From positions 1,302,001 to 1,366,000 of the forward strand of contig CAIIXF020000001.1 of the NCBI GenBank assembly GCA_903813345.2: DNA of 64,000 nucleotides. Direction: 5' to 3'. The DNA comes from Owenia fusiformis (taxonomy: Eukaryota). A model generated the notes under the pieces. That model ran no database searches and was not told the origin of the DNA. It saw only the letters and a program-made list of their open reading frames with translations. Every line of letters begins with the position of its first letter. The first letter of the stretch is position 1. A program made the position numbers and the translations under genes. Positions 54,241 to 64,000 of the stretch are shown here, one piece after another.

Positions 54241-54296
54241 CTTGTCGATAGAATGAACTATTTGTTTTATTTCAAATTGTTTCCTTTCTCTTTTAT

Positions 54297-54704
54297 CACG
54301 CGGTACTAACTTCAATCGTTAATTTGAATTTTTGACCTACCGGATATTTGAAAATCAAGGATTGCGAGTCTCATATTGCACCGTTTTTCTTCAAACTTGT
54401 AACATTCAAATCAAAACAAAATTGCCTTTCTGTCTGTGCATTGCTTTATTGTACAGAGACCCTCGTTTGAGCAGCGTTTTGGTCCCCGGCTGTGAGAAGC
54501 CCTTCTAACAGCTGGGGACCAAAATGCCGCTGAAAGTAAGGACTCTCTGTAGCAAAGTAATGTACCAACAGAAAGGCATTTTTGTTAAGCTTTGCCCGGA
54601 ACGAGTTTGAAGAAAAACGGTGCAGTAAGAGACTCGCAATCCTAAATTTTCAAACGACCGGTAGGTCTGAAATTCAAATTAACTGTCAAAGTTAGTACCG
54701 CGTG
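54297..54704. mobile_element. Almost fully palindromic 408-bp MITE, CAC termini, 5-bp TSD TTTAT
   Basis: TTTAT|CACGCGGTACTAACTT ... AAGTTAGTACCGCGTG|TTTAT; the arms pair up to the centre near 54500. Confidence 0.85.
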
Positions 54705-57441
54705 TTTATATCAAGTTCCGAGTTTAAGTTGTGTCGAATAATATCAAAATGTGTCATCTACAAGATCGATCAATAACAAGACCCATACTAGCCATACATC
54801 AACACCGTGACGAGTCTGACTTACTTTAAAAATAACAATTCTACAAGAATCTACATGCGTTCCAATTCATAAGTTTGTAAACAATGTTCCTCGTAGATGT
54901 TTGTATATCTGTCCATCCTGTAGTCCAGTTTGTCAATTCTTCTTACATTTGATTGTATGTTGAAGGAAACAATTGGAAAATGGGAAATAAATTTTGGGAA
55001 AAATTATATGTATTTGATAAGAAGTTAATTAATTTTCAAAACATTAAAAACCGAGGGTGATTACAGATTTTGCAAATAACTATTCAAACATCGACAGATC
55101 TTTTGTTCCATTTGGTAAAGTCTTGTCCGTCAACTTCTGCTAAGTACTTTGTATCGAATCTCGAATTTCACAACAGTACATGATTTTTATTTTGCGAAAA
55201 CACACTTTTACTTTTTAAAATTGCCAACAAAAATAAGATACATGCTTTCTCCAAAATGTTGCTGTTTATGAACTCTGAAAAGATATATCCATTTGAGATT
55301 AGATATGAGCTGGTTTCGGAAACAGCACTTTTAATATCCGCGACTGTTTTACGATATAGTATCATCAGAAATATCATCAAATACTAGGCCTATCTGTTTT
55401 ATGAGTTCAACCTGGGAATTAAATGGTTTATCGCCAAAACCACCTTTCACAATTAACGTAAAATTTTGCGATAAGTGACGCATTTAGCTTTCCAGACATA
55501 CCACTTGACTCGCTTGTCTTTAAACACGGCGTTTTTGAAATCTTCGATAAACTACCATATGGAGTGGAGTTGGGTACGGACATGTGTTGAATCTGAAAGC
55601 GTTCTATTTGAACGAAACTCAACTCCGATCTTACCACCATCAGTTTTCAAAATAGGAATATGATTAAAAATATTTTTTGAAAAAGATGACGTCATGATTT
55701 GAACGCCCGTTATTTCCCTCTCATACGCCCCCTATCGGCGAGCCGAAACTTCAAAATTAGGTAGATAATTAACACGTGACTGTCTAATCTTACTTGACAG
55801 CTTTAATAGTGAGGATTGTAGACGTCTAATTGTTATCTTAACCACCAGATGAGCAGGGGGAACAAAACCATAACAAAAACACATTAGCACAGAGCAGCAA
55901 AGCAAAATCTGGCTGTGAAAAACCTGTTCTTAGATAAATTAAACCATCCTTCAAATTTCTGATTGGTATAAGATGTCACTTGTTGAGGTCTGGTACGATG
56001 AAAACTTGACGTCAGCAGCGTTTGGCCAATCTCATACTGTGGCATTCATGTAAAAATCGTATATGTATTTAAATAATATCGTTTTATTTTTTTTTTACAT
56101 TTAATCAGTTTGGTATCTTAAATTAAATAGGAGGTTGATAACAATGTATGCCGTTATTTAAATTATGTGATCTCTATCTAAATTTATTTTTTCAAAGTTA
56201 TTTACTGACGATTAGTAATATCAAAATATGTATGAACGATTGGTGTTAATGGCAATTATTCTGAAAGGCACGGGCTGAGCTATTTTTTCTTTTATTTGAT
56301 TTTATATCAAATGTGTTATCTTAATATAATTAAAAACAACTCTAGCTCATGTGTATCTAGTGCACGAATTCTATTTCGTCCCAAGATAATGTGCAGTTAT
56401 TTCATCGGTCAATGCATGATTGCTCAATATTCCCAGTAAAAAGTTCTATTTATCCCAGACATTATCAGACTGTTTGAAATATTACTATAATTCACCTGTT
56501 GGAGAAAGATGTTGTTTATATACGAACAATTATTATCCACCCAATATAGGATATGATCTAATAAGTAAGTGAGCGATATCTTATAAATGAAGTTAAAAAC
56601 AATGTTATGGATAATATCAAGCCACTTCTCTTCTAAATGTTTTATTTTTGCTTCAGATTGAAATTTTCATTTCAAAGTAAATCGTGAATTATGAGATAAG
56701 AATTTCAGCATAAAAATGGTATGACATTCCGATTTAGAGATCTTGCATTCCAATATTAATATTTTGGGATTTGGTTTCATCTTCGGTACACTTCAGATAG
56801 CAGCGGAGAGTAAGACTGCCACTAATCAACTCGAACTCACCCCCTAGAGTTAGCTGATAAACATGGAGTTATCTTCTTTTACAAGTCACCCTCCTTGAAA
56901 TCAAACCCTATATATATATATATTCCAAGTCTCGCGTTAAATGCAAATGTTCATATCACGTTTTTTTCATGGAATGATTGAAATAACGGGGAATATGATA
57001 GAGTTGATTGCTATACATGATATTATTTCTCGCACGTGCCGCTATGGACTAAAAGTGCACTGGTTAACAATACGAGTGCGTGCAATAATTAAGATAACAT
57101 GCATACACGAATGATGGAAAACAAAGGCAACCTCGGTCATCCTCAAGGCATAGCTCTGGGGAAAATACATACATAATTGTTTAATTAACCCCTCTGCAGT
57201 CAATAATTGCAAACATCACCATCCATTTGTTTTTTAAAACATTTGAAATAGTAACCCCGCGTGGAGGTTTATATTCTATATAAATTACCATTCGAATTTC
57301 GTGGTACTCATTTTGTGCAATTTGACCCTGTGCCGAAGACCATGTAAGAATTCTCAGTGATAAAACAATCATGGAAGATATCGGAATTTACACCTTTCTC
57401 CGAATGAGCGTCATCCTCTCTACTATAGCAACCGGGATAGG

Positions 57442-57527
57442 TGAGTACATTTATTTTATATCATAATTTGAGTACATTCATTTTATATCATAATTTGAGT
57501 ACATTATGATTCATTTTATATGATAAT
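57442..57527 (+). repeat. ~27-bp tandem repeat, three copies
   Basis: tgagtacatt(t/c)attttatatcataatt. Confidence 0.75.
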
Positions 57528-60500
57528 ATTTGGATTTATAACTTTGCCGGCGCACATTTGAAAATTAAACATATTCAATAAAATAAAACTGTAAAACAAA
57601 ATCACTGTTACTGCATATCTGATTAAAAATATGACAGCATTGATGAAAGCTAGAGTTTATATTCACAACAATGATATTATAAACATCAATCATTGTTTTG
57701 CGTAAAAACTAATGTTTTCAAGTTGCCTTATTGCATGTGTTAGCTTGCTGACTTATTTAAAAATCAAGTAGATGAACAGGTTCAAAATCGTTTTTAATAC
57801 TTTCAACATAAATACTCATGTTTACATTTGTTGGTGGGTTACTTGTCATTTCAATTAAAGCGACATTCCAATTTTTCAACAGTCATGATTAAGAAACCAC
57901 TAACTTTTACTGTAAGTTGAAACTTGATCCTGCGATTCTGACGTTTCGACATTAAATTCACAGTTCGGGGCAACTTGAGGGATTATAATAGCATTCCATT
58001 GACACGGTTGACTACTGTTAGATCTCGTTAATTTGGGTTAATCAGATCGAGACACGTACTTTGAGTACGATATTTAATGCAATTTGGGCTCCCGAACTAG
58101 AGTATTTTTGTAAATATTTCCTTTTACATTTTTGGAAAAAGTCAATGTTTTGTAAATACAATTAGTGCACGGGTTATCTTTACTTTCCGGAAACAATGAT
58201 TGCATTTAGAAATGACTCTATTTATCTTAAATTGCCTAGCAACGTAAAGATATTCCCTCATTGTAAATAGTGAATATCCGACAGAGATCTACTTGAGTTT
58301 TTGCCTTCGAGAGGTTTTTTGAGTTTTTTCTACTTATTACCACAGGGGAAGAATTTTCAAAAAGGATTGCCAGAACCCTTATGAAAGTAAAAAATAACTT
58401 GATAGATGTCAAGAACTTGTGTTTCAAGCAGTTTCCAAGTGCCATGGTGATATGGACTCTAAACGTCGTTTTCCAGCTTTAATTATGTTTTGATTTAAAT
58501 TACACCATATGCCGGAAGGCTTGGTTTTTTGTTCACTATTGTGTTCTATGGGAAGCTAACTCCCATTGAGAGAACATCCGAAATTAGCGTCTCAAATAAC
58601 GCGATTGTCCCTCCAGACTCAAACGACAATATCCCGATAGCGTCGGTATATTAAATGTCATGAAGGACTTGAATTCTGCTCAATGTAGGCTTAGTGACAA
58701 TTGCCTTTTGTCTCAATGGATACAGAGGATCAGTTGTCTATGATAAACTGGGAAAGGTACAGTTGATAATCACACAGTCGCCTTTTGAGATGTTAGTTGA
58801 TTCAGTGTTTTATTTATTAATTCTTAGGTTAGGAAGAAATGTTGTTGTACTTTTAGTACTATTGTGATTTTTTCAACCTGAAGAAAGTCATCTGGGCCCC
58901 AAACTATCGATGTATCGGTCAATTGGGAAATGCGAAATTAAGCCAAATGGAAGGATGAATAATGAGATGCTTCTAAATCCGTTCCCATGGATCCAAACAC
59001 ATCTAATCAAGAAATTAGAAACTAGTAAGGTCCATTTCATGATTATAAATTCTCGCCATTAGTGTCAACTATTTACATGTAATCATCACTTCGATTAATT
59101 TAATCATAACTTCCCGCTATCTTTCAACACATGTGTTGACTGTTGATATACAGCGTCTTCAATGGAGTTGTCGATGGTGATGTTTGCCAGCGTTAAGTGC
59201 TCATGAATGACTCAGTGAAATATACAAAACGCCAACATACTTGACGCGCGGGATGTTGAACACTCCTAATAGCATGTCTGGAGTTAATCATCATAACATG
59301 CGTATCAAGTATTTCACAAAAATTAAGAAAAATTGCATTTTTATTGATTAATATTTGGCCATGTACAATCAGCTTGAAATGTTGGTCAAATGGCTCAATT
59401 ACTCTAAGTTGATTTATATTCGAAACAAAATGTCAGTCATTAAAGAAAAGTTGTATCTTGCTATGGAGGAGACATTTAAGATATGAAAGGTATCTAAAAT
59501 AACCTCTAAATTCATTAGAGCATAAATTACACCTCTCGTTACTGTCATCTTTCGACACGTATCTAGTTCGAACTTAGATGCCACTGGTATTTAATTAAAG
59601 CGAATATATGCCCCCTCCAGCTCCCCGTCTACTGGCGTACGCACAGAACATGATTTAGCCGAACGTTCCTCTGGAGATAAATAAATTACCTGGATCGATT
59701 GGGAATGTTTGTGGTTGTACCTGCACAAAACACTACGTGTGTTTGGGTGTGGTTATCTGTTCATCATTTCCTTACGTCAATTACTTCTCTTCTGCGTGCG
59801 TCTGGTTCTTCGAAAATAATGGGTATTCTAAAACAAATGCCTGGTTATCTCTGTATGCTCAAATTATGCGTGAATGCATTCTTACTTTGCACATTAACAG
59901 CATCGTCCCTTTCCACTGGGTCGAACTGCAACTGAAACCTTGTGAATCTTTATGCATTCACAGAATCATACACAAAATTAGTTCACGATTGATAGAACAA
60001 TTCAGTGAAAAATCCAACCTTCGATGGACACACGAGAAAAAAATGAAATGCTTTATTGGTAGTTTACTGTAACATCTTCATTTGCCATAAGTCATCAGTC
60101 AAAACCAGAGCTTTAATCAGAAATATAAATAGAAACTTTTTGGCATATATGAATCTATGAAAGTTATAGATAGGAGATGTGCAAGCAACTTGTTAGGACC
60201 TTACTAACTTCAATTTGCAAGTTATCTCTTGTCCCCCCAGGTATCAGAAAAACTATGCACTGATCTACCTTTTCTAGCACACCAAATATGAAATGAAGCC
60301 GATAAATATGTATTTCTAAATTACTAATCTTTAAAGTTAAAAGGAAATATACACTCTTTGACAAATGTTTATCATACTCGTTAGGCAGCCCAGGGGATCG
60401 GGACAGGCTAAACAAACGATCCTTAGATCTTTGAACGGTAATCCCCTGGCTCGAGATCTATGATCCTTATTTTATTCACTAATCAAGGATTCCAGGGCAT

Positions 60501-62666
60501 GGCCCACCAGTAGTAGTCTACATAGAGTACATGTTTCTGTAATTAGCCCGGTGCTATATAAACAAGGTAACTGATATAGGATTGATTCGTGTTGATTAAA
60601 GCGAATAGAGCCAATGATTCTGAGGAGCAGTTCACTTGTTTGTCACTTGAAATCCAACCAGCTGGTCCACTTGTCTGTTAGCTTTATATGTTACCCCATC
60701 AACCACAAGGACTAGTGGTCACCAAACCTCTCAAGGCATCGTATTTGAGATGCGTTCCAAAGATTTCAAAGATACCACAATAGTAGTGGACATGATACCC
60801 TCTGGCTTTATGGGAAGGAATCCAAGACTCTGTTCAATTATCAGAAATGGTCAAACAGAAGTCATGATCCTCTATCAGTTTCAAAGTGTATGTAAACGTG
60901 AAGCTAGGCATAACTAAATCCCTTTTATTTTTTATGAGCATATGAAATGCAATCCATATTCGGGGTGTAGATTTAACTGCTGTGTTAATTGTCGCGTTGC
61001 CTAACTCAGTGATAACATCGCGGGGCAGCGTGGGGTGCCGAGTGTCTAACAAATCTCAACACACGCTCACATCTGACGTTTGACACTCAAGAGGTTGGCG
61101 TCTTGCAATACATACATACTACTTAATCCTAACCCTTTCCATAAATTTAAAAGTTTGCTTCATTCAGAGAGCTTCATATACAATTGCAACTATCTGGCAC
61201 CCATGAAAACATACTTTACCCTTTGGCCCAGCTTTGCCTTAGCAGATATTGATAGATACCTTTTCTGTATGTTTTTTGGTCTGGTAAAATTCTCGATCCA
61301 GGATAGAAGATCTGACAAAATCATATCGTTTATCAGTCATTTTGAAAAGTCAGAATTCACAAATGGTTTGATGGTCTATCAGTGAAATCGGTTCTCAAGT
61401 GTGGAATGATATCCCTTCTCTTTAGTGGCGATTTCTAGAAGGTCATATATCTTTTAATGTGCAGAGGTGGCGATTAATCGTTACTTGAAAAGATAAACCA
61501 TGTTTTATAATACACAGACGCGCTCTCTTCAATAAATAAAACTAGATTGATAAACATTTCTGAGTTTCTTCTTCCTCAAGAATTCTTAATTCTAGCATAA
61601 CATGTAAAATCATTTTACTGATGAAGTGTCTATCATTCTGGTATTTTGCTCCACGTTTTAATTCATTTCAAGAATTTCTCTTCCAATTATTTAATCAATC
61701 ATTCGACGATGTTGAATAGCTCATGTCGAAGTTTGGAATATATAGTTCATTTAGATAACATACCCTTTTGAGAAGTTGGATTAAAAGACCTCATCAAATT
61801 GCTAATTAAAGCTGTGAAATTCAAGGTAGATATAACAGATATCAAAACACATAATCATTATCAATTCAATAAAATAAATACATGTTTTTCGCATTCTTGG
61901 GAAAACTGATGAGAAACAAAACAGGTTTCCATGGCAATTTACAAAGCATCATTTGGATTTCTGTTTTCTAAGCACTAAGCACTTGTAAATGGTTCTCGAT
62001 CTTATCTGTCTGAAAACACAACATTCTCCGATAATGCCGTTTAATGTCATGATAAGACTGGCATAATCGCATATATCATTGCCATTGCTGTAAAAACATA
62101 GCCTCTTATTTCACAGCATTGATATATCGGAGAAAGGCACTAGACATTTCATGGAAAAAGATCGAAAACCGAAAATCGGGATCAGAATCCTTGACGCTGT
62201 TTGCATAGTTGGTGTAAATGAGACTCCCAAGTGTGAAAATTGTTTTTGTGATGTCGACATGAAAATATTAAAAGGTTTTTAAAAAGCTGGTGCCGAGTAA
62301 ACCGATCAGTCTGTTAATTTGCATTGATTGGCTGACGTACACCAACTGCTGGGGTAAAGTTTGCAAACTGTCTGTGGTTATAAACAAAAGTTTACGTTCA
62401 ATATATTCGAATATAAGTTAACGTTGAACCGATCATTTTCCTAAGAAAATTCTAGAATTGAAAAATATGAATACTTTACTTATCAATTAATTAATTAATT
62501 GATAATAAGTGTACTTCAAAGTGCTATCGTTATTTGTGTAAATATGGGTACTAGTTTGGTTATTCGAAGGATTATCCAGCTTCATTTCACTATAAAGCAG
62601 ACAGAGGTTATCCACATGATCAAGGGTCTTAGCACTGATCTTGTCTTCGTTATCTTATCTCTATAC

Positions 62667-63424
62667 TAGGGAGTTTAAGATTAGCGTAAATAACCCATTT
62701 ACCTATACCTATACGTAGTTTGTTATTACACTAAGCGGTATTTTACCAAAGTTACAGGGTTTACCATACGTAATTACCTATAAATGGCCGAAGATAGGTA
62801 ATTCGAAAACGTATGTTTTTATCCAACAAATTATGTCATTTTTAGATGAAATATCATCCATTAAACTTTAAAATAGTAACAACAAACATTTCTCATTCGA
62901 TCTGCATAGAAATTAAGTGGTCGAACACATTCATCGATGCGATAAACGATGCCATGTGATGGTGCATGAAATTGTTGAATTTACACATTCTTCATCAGTT
63001 TTGCTTATTGTAAATGTATGAAATCAGCCATTTCCTCGTGGTTTTAATTGTTTAACTTTACTATTTGGTCACTCTCATTGCTGGATCATGCTAGAAATTT
63101 AACATTTCGCCTTAAGTCACTGCCCCATTAGAGGACCAACAAGCAATACTCCCTCCCAACAACAGAAGCTACACCACATTCTCTCTGAAGTATATAACAG
63201 TTCTTGGAGATGACATGTACTGGTATATGCCATATAAGCCATCGCATGGTTTTCATTCTATAGTTAGGATGTTAATTTTATCATAAATTGTAGCATACGG
63301 TTTTGTAGCCTTTTACGTTAATCTTAAACTCATTTTGCAATACGCATTACCTATACGTATCCGTAACAAACATACGGATAGGGATAGGTACACGTATATT
63401 TTTACGCTAATCTTAACCTCCCTA
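62667..63424. mobile_element. MITE, PIF/Harbinger-like termini
   Basis: tagggagtttaagattagcgtaaa versus tttacgctaatcttaacctcccta; an extra internal end at ~63311-63332. The superfamily is inferred. Confidence 0.65.
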
Positions 63425-64000
63425 ATATGTTTATGTGGTCCTACCAGGCTAAGACCCACGTATGTGCAACAAACGGCACCAACTTCACTGATTTGGACCG
63501 CCGATTTTGGTATTTTATCTTTTTGACCCTACATTTTTAAGCTGATTCACTCTGGCCAGTACTTTCTGAATCAGAACACTCGATCTCGAATCCGGGTTCA
63601 GAATTTAATATTTATAATGGATCTTTGTACATTGTCCTACACACAAGGGATGACCAATCCCTAGTGGCTATATCGTTATTAGATAACCGCTTTAGTTTTA
63701 ATTACTATTTGGGAACCTTACGCAACAAGGAACCTGACACCATGAAACCGACAGTTGGCATATTGTGTTCTCTCTGATGCTACACGATAATCGCCCATGC
63801 AGGATCTAGCTAAGATGCCATCTCGATATAACAAGCTCATACACTAGATCCAGTTGGTGTATTTCAAACAGCTGTACGATCATTAGGATGCAACTTAATA
63901 CAATAGAGATCTGGGAACTGATAACTAAAATTCAAACTTTTCACTTATCGGATTTCATCTATCAAAAGTTACGAGCGAAGTCAAAATCACGTGACTGAAG

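Noticed and set aside
55000-62600. Short ORFs of 60-110 aa in the distal region
   Set aside because: They show no motifs and no consistent splice-phase chain, many have non-ATG starts, and their frequency is compatible with chance.

Overview
AT-rich, repeat-dense eukaryotic DNA from an invertebrate animal (probably a lophotrochozoan-type genome; the species cannot be determined from the sequence). There are two convergent spliced genes. (1) An SLC43A3-like MFS transporter on +, with 8 coding exons from 685 to 30862 (~609 aa) and two ~12-kb introns full of transposon-like elements. (2) An odd-skipped/Osr C2H2 zinc-finger transcription factor on -, with 6 coding exons from 41948 to 39413 (~424 aa, 4 fingers), followed upstream by ~21 kb with no recognisable intact gene. 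All exon phases were checked by hand and join in frame. The most striking structure lies between the two 3' ends: a ~6.9-kb palindrome (31284-38181). It is exactly explained by a ~3.45-kb non-autonomous DNA transposon (15-bp TIR CACTGGCATGTAGCG, 6-bp TSD) inserted in reverse orientation into a near-identical copy of itself; both TSDs (ATGAGT outer, TTATAT inner) are intact. That element and two other loci share a 'long hairpin + TIR-bounded unit' architecture, and three junctions read ATAA-N5-TTAT, resembling tyrosine-recombinase sites. The window also holds two CAC-terminated elements with 5-bp TSDs (Transib/RAG-like, one with an RSS-heptamer-like end), a nested pile of TTAA-flanked elements, a hAT-like element with a 5-bp TSD, several foldback MITEs and an 18-copy ~79-bp minisatellite. 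No intact transposase, RNA gene or CRISPR array was found. Family assignments come from recalled motif knowledge, not database searches.
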